Source: Picochlorum sp. SENEW3 (Eukaryota). Taken from it: a DNA stretch of 64,000 nt. Positions 37,287-53,516 of this stretch are shown in pieces; position 1 is the first letter of the stretch, and each line of letters begins with the position of its first letter. Location of the stretch: the NCBI GenBank assembly GCA_034226945.1, contig CP120458.1, positions 434,001 through 498,000 on the forward strand. The letters run 5' to 3'. The translations under genes were made by a program, and so were the position numbers. The notes beneath the pieces are model-generated. The model was not told where the DNA came from, did no database searches, and saw nothing but the letters and a program-made list of their open reading frames with translations.

Positions 37287-37550
37287 ATGGTCGTGATCCT
37301 TGCCAATTGACTCTGTCGCATGCAGGTATCGTTGGATATGCTTGCTACGTCATCTGGATGTAGATGTAGATGGAGGCCATGTTGATGGAATTTTGATTCG
37401 TTTCCTCTCATACAGATGCCTCAATAGCGTCTCTGATTCGATATTATTATCTTTAATAGAATTTAATTCAGAGCTTTAGCTGATATTGCCATTGAAAAGC
37501 ATCGCAGACTCGTGAACCACGCTTTTCTTGACTTAGCAAAGATTATAATC

Positions 37551-38459
37551 ATGTTCTCGACGGCAACGTTGACTCGAGGGTCTCGTATTGCTCCTCGCAT
37601 GGATCATAAATACTTTACTGTCAATGCAGCAAAGAAGAAAGGGGGCAAAAAAGGGCAGAATAAGAAGAATAAAGGCCCCAGCATTCTCAAGCCGACAGAA
37701 GGCCCAAAACCATACTTGAGTACCCCAGTGATTATGCAGAACCTCTTGATGATTGAGAGCTACTTTAGGAAAACAGGGAGGTGAGGTTGACATTTGGCAT
37801 CGATACATTTGTGTTAAAGCCTTTGAGCAGCAGTTATTACCATGTTCAGGCCTTTGTTTGAGGAGGAGGTTGAAATTTCTGATGTTGCTGAACTCCTTTG
37901 GAATGCTCCTTTTGCCATTTTAGCCCATAACAGTAGCGAAGATCCAACGTTTGAGTACGGTAATAAGGCTGCGCTGGATTTGTTCGAATGTGAGTGGGGT
38001 GAGCTCATTGGTACACCATCGAGAGAGAGTGCTGCCCCTGAGAAGGAAATTCAAGAGGACCGGTCTGCTCTGTTGGCCCAGGCTCTCGAAAATGGATACG
38101 TGGATGATTATGAAGGCTGGAGGAGATCATTTAAAGGGAAACCGTTCAAAGTCAGTCAAGCAACTATATTCAATATTGAATCTCCAGATGGTGCTGCAGT
38201 TGGCCAGGGAGCTGTTTTGCGCCTATGGGAGTATGAAGATGGCACCCAAGGTGGTCCATTAGCTGCACCAGAGAATAATCAGACGGGGTCTGACACGGAG
38301 AAATTACGGTTGGCTCAAGAACGGGTTGATGCACATGCTGCCAACGTGCGCATGCTCAAGGAAGACAAGGGTCTCTCCAATTCACACGAAGAAGTGAGGA
38401 AGGCAGTTCAGGAGTTGCTTGCTGCCAAGAGCGATTTAGAACAAATGACAACATCTTAA
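37551..38459 (+). CDS. MEKHLA-domain protein with C-terminal WHEP-like helical hairpin, probably plastid-targeted
   Basis: LWNAPFAILAH..DPTFEYGNKAALDLFE..W.EL...PSRESA (MEKHLA); AANVRMLKEDKG...VRKAVQELLAAK (WHEP-TRS-like). One intron. Confidence 0.8.
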
Positions 38460-38495
38460 TTCTTTGATTTACATTTCATCTGTATGATGTGGAAT

Positions 38496-40529
<2,034 letters not shown>

Positions 40530-40621
40530 ATATCTAGACAGTATTTGATGTTATTATGATAGCAACAGTAAACATTAATTAATTTCTATGTCCATTGAGA
40601 TTGTCTTCTGATGTGTATTAT

Positions 40622-41855
40622 CTATGCCCAGACTGCCAAGAGACTCATGAGGAGGAATCCCAGCAACAGGCATGCTAATTTCAAAAATATGTTATGGTCT
40701 TGCTCTTCTAATTCACGTGGGATGACTTCCATGAATGCTACATAGAGGAATGTGCCTGATGCGAGGGCGGAGAGGGCTGCTGCGCCCAATCCCTGGGCCA
40801 TGTCTGAGATGAGGTATCCAAACAAGATGCCAATGGGGGATGCCACTGAGAATGGGATGATGACTTTCCAGAATCTATCCATCCTGCATGATGAATTATC
40901 ATAATTATAATGAGTAGTATTGCTATTGTTATCATCCTTAGAGAAGGGATTAGTCATAGGCAGGATACAATAGCATAATAACGACAAACAGCAAAGAAGA
41001 AGAAGCAAAGAAGGTACTATATCTTAATCATTATACGTACTCTACTTTTGACTCGATGATACTGCTGCCAAGGGCATACGCTGCCAACCCTTTATGGCTC
41101 ACAATTGCTATAAAGATATGCATCGAGTTGGTGATGGTCTCTTGGGCTCCCAAGGCGGCTCCTTCTAATAAGGAGTGAAAGCTCAGAGCAACTCCCATGA
41201 GCATGGCGGTGATGAATGACACCTTGGCCTGGGGAGGCAGATGATGATGGTGTCCATTCATCTCTGCGGCAGGCCTTGGATCCATCCCACTGGACCCATG
41301 ACACACGCTCCTTCCCATGGTGAGCTCTATCCCTTCATGAACATGTCCACTCGCATGCCTTGCATGCCCTCCTCCTCCAGAAGATGAGAGTATACTGGCA
41401 GCCTTGTCTGCACACAGAGTAATCAACAGACCACATCCGCACAAGAATGTAGCCCATGGAAACGTATGCGATGTATCCCCATCTACAACGTTCAAGTGAA
41501 GACTCATATCCCTAATGGCTTCCCCAAGCAAATGGCACAGCCCAGCAGACACCATCACCCCAGCACTAAACATATTCCCAACAACAAATGCCAGACTCCT
41601 CTTCTCCATACCTCCATGAGATAGTATTATTATACCATCCTTCCGATCCCTAGACGCATCTCCATCCTCCACCCCTGCCTCGTGGAGAGGAACACTCGCA
41701 TACGGCCTGGCCTGCACCCCCCCAAAGAGCACACGATACCCAGCCAGATACAGAGGCGCACATGCTCCAGCCAACGCCGTCACTGCTAAAATGCAGGATG
41801 AAATGATATCAAAAGCTAATCGACTACCGCTGCTATCGGCATCTGCTGCTGTCAT
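40622..41855 (-). CDS. ZIP-family Zn/Fe transporter, 2 exons
   Basis: ALSFHSLLEGAALG, IVSHKGLAAYALG, ALASGTFLYVAFME, His-rich loop. Confidence 0.9.
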
Positions 41856-42152
41856 TGGCGCAACAACAATCTTCTTCTTCTTCTTATGCTTCTTTTCTCT
41901 GAATGGCACTAGTCAACACACATGTATTTGTGAATATCTATATATCTATGCTATTGGATATAGTGTGCTTGAAAATAAGGCAGCGAGGAATCCATGTGGT
42001 TGGAGACACGCTCTCGTGATGTTTGATAAACTCCAATGGTCTCAAAGCAACGCTTGTGGCATATATATATATAGCCCATATCAATTCATAACTATGTAAT
42101 TAATTGTAGCAGTATTGGGAATGTGTGTGTTACATGGAAGGAATGGGATGAA

Positions 42153-43059
42153 TCAATGCATGGCTGCTCCACAGTAACTGTTCCAGATTTGGCCATCCGA
42201 GATGAAGGATTTATAAAATGTTGTTGACGTGGCATCTGTGTCTGATCCGAATGGATTCACTCGAATTATATAGGAGCTTGGGTTGATGCCCTTTTTGATG
42301 CCAACCTTGGTCTGCAATATATATATGTATACATCATGGTCAGGAACAACCTTGTCTGAAAACCAGACTCTAATTCATCTATATGATATGATGCGTACCG
42401 GAATGCATACGCGTGCGTATGGCTGCTCTTGGGACCAATCTGATGTCGTCTTATAGGAGCATACGGACGCCAGAGAATCCTTGACACCCTGAGCCTGTTC
42501 TTGCAGGTAGGGGTACTTGGCCTTGGTTGCCTCCCAACTATCACAAAAGGCTGCAAACTTGGGATTGGCCAGCTGTCCCTTTTGCGGTCTCCAATATACC
42601 ATTCTCCAATTCTCAATGTCATATTCTCCTTGTCCTACAGAAATAAAGATCATGGAGCCACGACTCGCGTCACAGATCGTGCACTGCAGCATACCATACT
42701 ACATACCATCCACGCACCTCCAAATGATGTATCATCAATACCCAAGCATGTGGTTGTGTTACACATACTCGTAGCCCTACACCCGTTCAACATGAGGCCA
42801 GTTGCCGCGGTATCTAGGCCCATTTGTGCCAGGCGCATAGCCTCGAGTGTTTGCAATAGAAACGACAGAAACAACATCCTGCTCGTCTATACTTTATTAT
42901 CGGTACTGTTGTAAAGATTGAATCTTTTCTACTACTACTATTGACAATGATACATGGAATAATGCCATGGGTATCGGGGTCTACCGCGTCGAGGCCAACT
43001 GCTGATCTCAGCACCGATGCTGACGGGAGCTTCCTCGATGGCAGAAGCCTCCAACACAC
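42153..43059 (-). CDS. Possible multi-exon hypothetical protein; structure unresolved
   Basis: Several open exon-like segments bounded by GT/AG (e.g. CTICDASRG...PYARVCIP; TKVGIKKG...YCGAAMH*). No family recognised. Confidence 0.35.
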
Positions 43060-43149
43060 GCGGCGTGTTTACTGGTAGTAGACGAAGACTTCCTTTGTAT
43101 ATACCATATATTGATATATTTCATTTGGTGGTGGTAGAATACACAAGCA

Positions 43150-44160
43150 ATGGATAGTCAGTCGAGGTTACTACTACTGCTGTTGTGCGCAGTGATCTTG
43201 GCTCTGGTTGGTCGCGGTTCTGCCCAGGATGACTTTGGATTCTGGGTGAGTACTGTTGAGTGTAAGACACCAGAAGAAAAGCCAATATTCAATTTTGATG
43301 GGAAGATGAGGTGTGGATGCGTCAAGGGAGGGGGGTACTCTGGGCCTTGCTACGACCTCGGGCTCAAGGTGCTGGAGATGCCTCCGGGTGAGGTGGAGCG
43401 GATTGCCGCTGAGATGTCGAGAGACTCTCCAGCTCCGATAGCAGCTGATCAGTGCCAGCAACTGCCACAGCAGTTCTTGGACAGTACGTTACACGTGATG
43501 TATAGATAGAACTATCATATGATGTATAAATATATAATTCCTTGTCTCCTTCTCCTTACAGGTGGTACTGCTGATACCGGCGCAAACTTTGACGAGGTGT
43601 ACGACGCTGCTGTGAATTCTCAATGCAATCAAACTGAACTGGAATGGAGAGCACGCGACTGCCGTGATGCATTGATACCTGTATACCAGGAGGTTCAGGA
43701 TCGCTCCACTCCCTACTGCCCACTTGAGTGCGAGGTGCTGTTCCTGAATGTGTCCACAAACTGTCCTAGAGTGTATGAATTGCTTAAATTAGGACAATTT
43801 GCTGATATATGCCCTGGCCTCAAGACGGTGCAGCTGTCTGAGCCAGTTGCACCAACAACTGCTCCTACAACTGTCCCTGAACCAGTGGTGGAGCCAATCG
43901 TTCCAACTCCTGCAGTAGTAGTCGAGCCAGTTGTTCCTGTTCCTGTAGTTGAAGTCGCACCCACGCCAGACGTTGTCGTTCCAAGTCCAGCCACAGTCGC
44001 TGCAGTGCCAGAGGTTGCCCCATCACCAGATCCTGTTGTCCCTGAAGAGGTGGTGACCCCAGTGCCTGCTGCTGCCCCAGCATCCAGTAGTCTACTCCAT
44101 TCTGGCACCGTGTCTTCAGTCATGGGTGCTGTGGTTCTTTGTCTTACAATCATGATGTAA
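43150..44160 (+). CDS. Secreted Cys-rich, Pro/Val/Thr-rich cell-surface protein, probably GPI-anchored
   Basis: Signal peptide, Cys-rich domain, EPVAPTTAPTTVPEPVV stalk, SSS plus hydrophobic C-terminus. Intron at about 43485-43561. Confidence 0.75.
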
Positions 44161-44499
44161 TATGAACTGGTGTAAACATGAGCAAACATCCGCTGCTGAT
44201 GGATGCCTGTTCCTGAAGAGAAATTTCTCTCGCTGCAAAGCCTTTGCACTTGAAGTGGCGCCCAGAGTCAATTTGAAATTTGAAAACAAGCATGTCAGGC
44301 ATGAATGTGTTATTCGATGCAGACAGTGATTTAAAATAGTTATTTAGTAACAAATAGTGATTTGAACAACATGGATGATGCTATAGCAAGGGCAATCCTC
44401 CGTTGCTGGTTCGATTGATAACAACGACGACGATAACGAACGGTATCAAGTGCTTGTCAATACCTCAGATTTTAAAGAGAACAATATATACATAGAGAT

Positions 44500-47400
44500 A
44501 TGGGAAAGAAATCTGCTCCAGCCTTTGGTGGCATTTCTGGTGCGGGGAGGTCTTCTCTGCGGGCCAGAGACGCTGGGGGTCCAGGAAAGAAGCTTCTTAA
44601 CCGCGGGATGGGCGGGAAGAGGAACAAGAACTACATAGAGAGGAATGAGATGAATCAGAGCAGGTCTCAGGATGATGCTCGGGTGAAGCAGAAGGGGGAT
44701 GATCACGATTTGGCAGCCAGGCTTGGTTTTGAACTGTTCACGGATGGGCCTGATAGGCTTGGGTGGCTTTTGAACATGAATTCGGTGCGTATTTGTATCT
44801 CTATATATAGAGATGTTTATATATTCCTATATGAAAGGACCTCGGGTATTTACCATGTGCGTTTCTACTATGTGCAGAGTCAGCAAGAAGACAAGGATTC
44901 TGGGCACATGGTCAGTGTTGTGGCATGCTATTTCATGTGTCAGAACGGTTCCATGTTCAAGGCGGAGGTTGAGTACGCTCCTTACTTTTATTTGCACGTT
45001 ATAGATGGTGCCGAGGGAGAAATGGATGGATGGCTTCGTCGAAAATTTAATGATGCGATCAAGGATGTGGAAATTGTTGAGAAGGAAGACTTGGATTTGA
45101 AAAATCATCTTGCAGGCATTAAAAGGAAATTGCTCAAGATTCAGTTTTGGAATGTTGATCAATTGGTGTCTGTGAAGCAAGAACTTTTGCCTCATGCTAG
45201 GAGGAATAAAAAGAAATATGACGGTTCGACCGCAGATTATAGTTCTCTCTTGCTTCATGATGATGACAGAGAGCGCAACAGGCCTGCATTCAAATCAATC
45301 ACTGAAGGGATTGTCGACCTACGGGAGCATGATGTGCCATTTCATATTCGATTTGCTATCGACATGGATGTTCGCGCTGGTCATTGGTTCATGGTTTCTG
45401 CCAAAGGAGGTAAAGTGTCTCTCTCGCGGAGAGAAGACCTTTTGCAGAGAGCAGAACCCAGGATTTGTGCATTTGACATTGAGACAACAAAGCTTCCACT
45501 TCAGTTCCCCAACGCTGAGTACGATCAAATATTCATGATATCGTACATGATTGACAAGAAGGGATATTTGATCATCAACAGGGAAGTGGTTTCTGAGGAT
45601 ATTGATGATTTTGAGTACACTCCCAAGCCAGAGTTTAAGGGCCCTTTCAAAGTATTCAATTGTGCGGATGAGAAGGAATGTTTGCGGTGCTGGTTCGACC
45701 ATATGAAGAGTGTAAAGCCAGGAGTGTATGTGACGTATAATGGGGACTATTTTGACTGGCCCTTCATTGAAACCAGAGCCTCCAAGCTAGGGATGAACAT
45801 GGAGCTGGAAATTGGATTCAAGTGCGTTTCCAATGGCGAGTGTCTATCTAGGTCGGCTGTCCACATGGACTGTCTCCATTGGGTAAATAGGGACTCGTAC
45901 TTGCCTCAAGGGTCTCGCGGACTCAAATCCGTGACGAAATACAAACTTGGATATGACCCTGTTGAAGTTGATCCAGAGGATATGGTACGGTTTGCATCAG
46001 AGCAGCCTCAGGCAATGGCATCATACTCTGTGTCTGATGCAGTGGCAACCTATTATTTGTATATGACCTATGTTCACCCCTTTATATTCTCCTTGTCGAC
46101 AATTATTCCAATGCCTCCGGATGAGGTCCTGAGGAAAGGTTCAGGTACACTGTGTGAGATGCTGCTCATGGTGCAAGCATACAAGGCAAATATCGTGGCC
46201 CCAAACAAGCATGTGGGTGCGAGTGAGCGTATGCATACTGATGGGAATGGTATAAGTCATCTTTTGCATTCTGAAACGTACATTGGAGGAAAGGTGGAAG
46301 CTCTTGAAAGTGGTGTTTTCAGGGCAGATATTCCCTGTAAATTTAGGTGTGACCCAGAAGGGTATCAGCAGCTCATCGATTCCTTGCACGGCGATCTTGA
46401 GTATGCAATACGGCATGATGCTGGGTGGTCGCTGGATGATGTGGAGAATTTTGACGAGATCAAAAGTCAGATTGAATCTTCTTTGGAGGATTTGCGAGAT
46501 TGTCCCAACCGCGAGGAGAATCCATTGATTTATCACCTCGATGTTGCTGCAATGTACCCAAACATCATTTTGACGAATCGACTCCAACCCTCAGCTATTG
46601 TGACTGACGAAGACTGTGCGGCCTGCGTGTACAACAAGCCTGGAAAGAATTGCTTGAGGCAGATGGAATGGGTTTGGAGAGGTGAGACATATACTGCAAA
46701 GAGGGCAGAATATGCATCCATCAAAAGTCAATTGCAATCAGAAGTTTTCCCAGTAGATGACGAGCATTCTGGCAGCAAAAACAATCTTCGGACTTGGAGC
46801 GAACTTAGTCAGGATGAGCGAAATAAGCATCTCAAGAGCAGACTGAAGTCATACTGTCAGAAGGTGTACAAGAGGGTTTTGAACAAGCCTGAGACACAAG
46901 TAAGGACTGCGGGAGTTTGTCAGCGGGAGAATGGATTTTACTATGACACTGTGAGAGACTTTCGCGATCGACGCTATGAATACAAAGGTCTGACAAAGAA
47001 ATGGAAAGGAAAATTAGAAGAGGCCAAGACCAGCGGAAATGCTGTTCAAGTTGCTGAAGCTGCAGACATGTGTGTCCTGTATGACTCTCTACAATTAGCT
47101 CACAAATGTATTTTGAATTCATTCTATGGTTATGTCATGCGGAAAGGGGCGAGATGGTATTCCATGGAAATGGCTGGAGTTGTCACTCATTGCGGAGCAA
47201 ACATAATCAAGAGAGCAAACCAGCTTGTCACCAAGTTGGGAAGACCATTGGAACTTGATACAGATGGCATCTGGTGCGCCCTTCCAAAATCGTTCCCAGA
47301 AGATTTTAGTGTACGGAGTTTGTTTGCACCCAAGCAAGTGTTGCCGTGTTCTGAGATATTTTGTCACTTTGTTTCTGCAGTTTGTTCACAAAACCACTGG

Positions 47401-50400
47401 GAAAGTTTACAAGCTCAGTTACCCTTGCGCCATGCTGAACGTGATGGTCGCAAAAAATAACACAAATGATCAGTTTTCTACTCTTGTCGACGAAAAGACG
47501 AGGAAATATTCAGTATCTTCCGAGATGACCATTGAGTTTGAGGTAGACGGTCCTTACCTAGCAATGGTCTTGCCGGCCTCAAAAGAGGAAGGCAAACTGA
47601 TTAAGAAGCGCTACGCAGTTTTTAACTTTGATGGATCGTTGGCAGAGCTCAAAGGGTTTGAATTAAAGCGTCGAGGAGAGCTCAAGGTCATTAAAGTCTT
47701 CCAAAGTGAAGTTTTTGATCAATTCTTGCTTGGTCACAATCTAGCATCATGCTATGATGCTGTCGCAGCTGTTGCCAATCGATGGCTCGATATGCTTGAC
47801 AGCAGGGGAGCAGATCTTACAGATCAGGAGCTAGTTGATCTAATCAGCGAATCTTCCGTGATGAGCAAAGGTTTGGACGAATATGATGGAAGAAAAAGTT
47901 GTGCCATAACGTGTGCTCGAAGGCTGGCAGAGTTTTTAGGGGATGGTCGCGTCCGAGACAAAGGATTAGTTTGTAATTATATTGTGTCAGCGTATCCAAA
48001 TGGATTACCAACCTCAGAAAGGGCTATACCCGTCGCAATATTCTCAACTGATCCATCGATTGCCAGAACATATATTAGAAAATGGTGTGGTGGGCATGTG
48101 GAATCAGGTATGACAGTATCCATATTCTAATACAGCAGTATCAATCTTTGCTTTTATTTTTGCTCATTTACACCTATTCTTTGAACTAATGCAGGTGAAA
48201 ATCTAGTTCCTGATGTGAGGGATATCATTGATTGGGCCTACTACAGAGAGAGGCTTGGCAATGCAATCCAGAAGATCATCACAATTCCTGCTGCAATGCA
48301 GCACGTAGAGAATCCTGTACCGCGAATCAAGCATCCAGACTGGCTTCATAAAGTCATATCCGAGCGGAAGAGTAGAAACAAACAGGTCAATTTGGGGAGG
48401 TTCCTGAAACCTGGAAATCACCACAATAGTAACCCTGGGCCAGTAGCCAGGGATATGGAGGACACTGTTCAAAAAGAGATTCAGACAATCGACTGCTCTG
48501 CTTCTGAGAATGTTCCAGTGGATGTTAATTCTTTGGGCCCGTCAAAAGGAGAAGCTTCCAAGTCAAATCTTGCGTCTGCCAAGTATCAGAATTTCACTGG
48601 GTGGCTTGCATCTCGGAAGCTTTCATGGCGACGATCGAGGCTGAAACGTAAAAGACCTAAAACCTCGAATAATCCGCCTTTAGGTAAGAGCAAGGGAATG
48701 AAAGCTAATTTAGAAGGTCTGCTTGTGCAACATATGGATTCTCTCACCAGCCATCCTTGGAATATTGTCTCCCTCTCAGAAACTAAAATACCTGGTTTGT
48801 TCAAAATGTGGGCTGTCATAAACCGGCAGATGCACGGCTTCATGGTGTCTGTACCGAGGATATTCTATGTGAATACTTCCCTCCCTGAGGATGATGAGCT
48901 GATCCATTGGCTTGGTGGCAAGCTGGTCTCAAAGTCCCCATCGTTTGATGGAAGAGTGCACAGGATTTATCGATTTGTGCTGAATGAAAAGGCGTATATA
49001 AACTATCTGCCAGATATCCAGGCAAAATTGATGTCCTGCCCAGAAATTTACGGAGTATATGAGGCCCAGATACCCCTGGAATGGACTGCTGTAGTGGAGA
49101 TTGGATGCGTAGCTCAAGTTTCGCCATCATCCAAGGGAATAACTGCTGCTGAAGGGTTCCGTTTATCAGATCTACAACAAGAATCTGTTGTGAAAGGAGG
49201 ATATTTCAACAAAGGAGAGAATCTGGGACATGCATTGCTTTTCCACTCAGATGATCAGGCCAGTGGAAGAGGTTTGTTCAGCTTGTACATTCCATGGGAG
49301 CATAAATGCTTCGTCTGGGTAATCAATCCAGTACGAGGTGGGCAGAAAGACATTGTCCCGTCAACATTGAATAAAGTTTGGGATGAAACTGTTGCCTTGT
49401 GTCTGTCAGAAATTGAGGATTTGTCTGAAGAGAACTTTGACCCAAACAGACCCAATTACGAAATATCGTACGTGTCATCCCACGAAAAAGCCATTAAATT
49501 AGTCCGGAAAGCGGTGAGATCTATAAGGTACGGAGGGAAAGATCAATGTATTGCAAGCATTTAGTTATGGATTTGACTGTGCATCACCCGTGTTACAGGG
49601 ATTTTTCGCAGCTGCCTGTGCTGACACTGGTTTCTTCTCCTAGTCCCAATATTTTGGTATATCAGGTACCAGAATTGCGTGATATGCCTCGCGCAGTAAT
49701 GTCTTGTCCTGGGCAAGATGTATACCCAGCAATTGGCTGGCAGACACATGTTGTGAGAAAGTGCATGAGAGACATTCTCAGCTGCAAGAGCTGGTTGCTG
49801 TTAAGGTTGGATGCAGCGCGATATGCGCATCTCCCAGTAGCTAGTTTTGGAGAGGATTGGATAATAGACACTTGTGATGCCTTGTTCTCACGGACACTGC
49901 GAGATGCAGGTGTCCTCTCCTGGATCCGGGATGAATCCCAGCCTAGCCTGGCCTGTCATCCAGAAGATATTGCGAATAAGTTAGTCACCGAGGAGCAGAA
50001 AGAAAGAGTTCAACTTGCTTGGCCTGGGATGTACAGAGGGGTTTGCATTCAGATCCAAATCAGCCACCTGGCAGTGAATGCTGTCTTAGAGGCTGCCACA
50101 TTAGGAGAATTAGAGGGTGTCTTGCTATTAGAAGATCAGGACGACTGTGGACCAGCATTTAGAGTACTCAAGGGTTTAGCTCAAACGTGGGTAGAGGATG
50201 CACTCAGGCGGAATAACGTCTGTGCAGACACCCTGTTGAGACACATGTACAGGTGGCTTTGCAGTCGAAGCTCCCGCTTATTTGACACTAGATTGATGCA
50301 AGCAGTACAAGATCTCATGAGGAAACTCATCCTCAATCTGGTCGGTGAAATGAAAAAACTGGGGGCAAAGGTTGTCTATATAGACAGTTCCTGCATCATT

Positions 50401-51531
50401 TTGTCAACAGGAAAACACACAATGAAGGATGCTCTTGGTTACACTGACTACATCTTGGAGACACTGAAAAAGAGAAAATTGTTCCAATGGATGGCACTAG
50501 CTCCTGAGAAAGCATGGATTACTCTTCTGTTTTTGGACAAGTACAATTTTCTTGGTTTGAGAGCACCACTGCCAGACACCATGGCAGATGCCATGTCACA
50601 AAAGCCTGGGTCCCTATCATCAGGCTCTCAATTGCTCGAGTCAGACGAGATAGAGATCACGCACGAATCGCTGCAGAAACCATCCTTTGACTATACCTTA
50701 AACCTGATGGAGTATTTACCAAGTGCTCTTACTGATGCATTTGTGTCTGCAATTGCCGAGTTTGTGTGGCTGCCATGGAAGCATGCCATGTTGTCACAGA
50801 TGGGCAAGACTTGTGGACCAATGGATGATATTCTGGCGTTACAGAATGCATGGATTGAAGAAAACCTGCCTTCGAAGATGACTGAAAAGCTTCTCAGGGC
50901 AACAAGGCATATTGCCTTGCATATTGGAAGCCATGATGGCCAGCCGGATCACAGATTCCCTCTGCGAGCAGGGTCTCATTTGAGTGATGCAGAGCAAGGT
51001 ACTCCTGTCCTTGCTTTTGTCAAATCTGTGTGCCACATGTACTCACTGGACAGGCAACACACCAGAGCAGTGGCTACACTGAGACGGCAACTCTTGAGGA
51101 TGATTCATGTCAAAGAGTTTGGTCCTGAAGCAGAATGGAAAGATCCATGCGCCTCGCTGGTGATCCAGGATGTCATTTGCCCAGAATGTCAAAATTGCCA
51201 GGATATAGACATCTGCAGAGACCCCACCCTACAGGATGGCAACTTGCAATGCCACCTCTGTGGGGCAGAGAGAGATGCCAACTTTCTGGAAACAAGACTC
51301 ATTGAAATGCTCCACAGCATTATTGAGGGCTTCCTCGTACAAGATGTCAAATGCCAAAAGTGTGGATCCACCGGGAATGAGCATCTCAGGCGACAATGTG
51401 ACGTGTGCGGAGGACAGATGCATTCCACAACCTCTTGTCAGACAGTCCAAGATACAATCCACGTCATCGAACGTGTCGCAGATATCCAAGGAATGAAAAC
51501 CCTTCATGAATTAGCACAACAATTAATTTAA
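44500..51531 (+). CDS. POLE: DNA polymerase epsilon catalytic subunit, 5 exons
   Basis: Exo [42 protein letters not shown], two C-terminal Cys4 motifs. Confidence 0.98.
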
Positions 51532-51555
51532 TAAAAGGCACTACACGTGTAATTC

Positions 51556-52269
51556 ATGCGCATTATGTACACAATGAATGCTCTGGTAGACTCGCTGGTA
51601 TCCAGCAGAGTTATTCACTCTCGTCAGGTTGAACGGGTCTTCCGCAGACTGGACAGGAAACTGTTCTGTCCTGCAGGCGAGGATGACGAGGTAGTCTACA
51701 GAGACAGTCCAGCTGGTATTGGGTGTGGTCAGACGATATCTGCACCCCATATGCATGCCACATGCCTGGAGTGGTGCAGAGCCCACTTGGCCCAGATGCC
51801 CTCCTCGCAACGAGGCAGTCGCATTACTATATTAGACATTGGTAGTGGTTCTGGATATCTATCAGCAGCGTTTGCTGCATTATTAGATGATATGTCTCTG
51901 CTTGCCACAGAAGAGGCATCCAATCAGCCACAAGTGGTTGGTGTTGAACTGTATGAGGAATTGGCAAGGGGATCAATTGAGAATATTAGAAGAGCTGCCC
52001 CAGACCTCGCTCCTTTTATTGATATTGTCACAGATAATGCATATACACATCGTGAAGATGAGAAGTTTGATTTCATCCATGTGGGTGCTGCTGCTGAAGA
52101 GATTCCTCAGTCTCTTGTCAGACTCATGAAGAATGGTGGGCGCATGGTCCTGCCAGTCGGAGATATCGGTGGAATACAGCATATGACGATAGTAGATAAG
52201 GATTTGGATGGACAAGGTGTGACATCCAAGAAAGTCATGGATGTCCGATATGTTCCTCTTGTCAAGTAA
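51556..52269 (+). CDS. PCMT: Protein-L-isoaspartate O-methyltransferase
   Basis: TISAPHMHA, LDIGSGSGY, FDFIHVGAAA, GGRMVLPVG, VRYVPL. Confidence 0.93.
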   Translation: MRIMYTMNALVDSLVSSRVIHSRQVERVFRRLDRKLFCPAGEDDEVVYRDSPAGIGCGQTISAPHMHATCLEWCRAHLAQMPSSQRGSRITILDIGSGSGYLSAAFAALLDDMSLLATEEASNQPQVVGVELYEELARGSIENIRRAAPDLAPFIDIVTDNAYTHREDEKFDFIHVGAAAEEIPQSLVRLMKNGGRMVLPVGDIGGIQHMTIVDKDLDGQGVTSKKVMDVRYVPLVK

Positions 52270-52328
52270 CATATTGGTATCATTATTGATCCATATTGTC
52301 GTATTTATAAAACAACAAAGATACTCTA

Positions 52329-53326
52329 TCAGAGTTTGAAAACTTTTCGAGGAGGACAAGCAAAGGTTTGGATGATTGGCACATCGACCAACCAGACACC
52401 GTCTCTTCCCTTGATGTAACAGAGCTCATAGGCAGGCCCAAGGAGAAACGCCAGCATGGCGCCTCCCAGAAATCCGCCCAGATGACCCCATTCATCTATA
52501 TCAGGTAATAAAAGACCTATACCGAAATTCAAGAGCACCGTGATGCTTAATCGAACCACTGTAGCACTACCTCTGTTCTTGTACAAGACCTTGTTGCGCG
52601 CAAAGTACACAATGAGAGCACCTGCCAGGCCAAATATAGCTCCAGAAGCCCCGAGGGATGGAGTATCATCCCCGAAATATGAGAAGATATTACCTGCAAC
52701 CGCGGCATACAAATATATCATCAAAAATCGCTTCCTGCCACACGTCCATTCACACACAGTCCCCAAGGAATGCAGAGAGAGCATGTTGAGCAACAGATGA
52801 GCCGGGCTTCCATGTAGAAATGCCGGCGTTAGTAGCCTCCAATACTCTCCAGCATCAATGAGATCATTGACTTTGATTCCTGCCATGGTGATGCCGGGAA
52901 AGACCAGCTGCAACATAAAGATTGCTACATTCGTGACAATGAGTGTATCAGACACTACGCGAGCTGGACTTGTGAGTGGTATTTCGGGTATATTGGGCAC
53001 ATGATGTGCAGGAGGTCGCCCCTCGGGTGCTACATCATCTCGGCTGCGCAGTGAAAACCAAGAAATGAGGCCACATATCAACGTTACCAAATCCTTCTAA
53101 AGTTTACACACCTGTCCAAGGAAGAGAAGCATGTGCTCTGTGGATGACCACCCTTGCGTTTCTCCTTCCATTTCCCATCTATATATCTCATTGAATTCAA
53201 ATATCCCACATCCAGTGCCCTGGTCTTTGCAGGAATGGTTTGGACCGAGTGTCGGACTATTCCAACGACAGACCCACGTTTGCCCTGCAAAGGATAGTAT
53301 CTCATTCCAAATGATCCAATATACAT
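52329..53326 (-). CDS. Rhomboid intramembrane protease, probably organellar
   Basis: WRLLTPAFLHG, GASGAIFG, WGHLGG. Intron at about 53046-53111. Confidence 0.9.
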
Positions 53327-53516
53327 GCTTGTAAGATATATTGCATTAATTAAGGCTAATTAAGGGCGGAGAATGTCGTATCACGAAGATGGATCATCAT
53401 CTCTTCAATTTCCGGGATGCATCCCATTTGGCTCAGCTGGACTGTCCAGCATGGACAAGTGCCATTGTAGGTGGCAAACGTGATGCATGTTACATGGAAA
53501 CCATTTTGATGACACC

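Noticed and set aside
40530..40621. 92-nt ZIP-to-GR spacer as a polycistron candidate
   Set aside because: AT-rich and long enough for a short UTR plus core promoter; weaker than the pairs reported.
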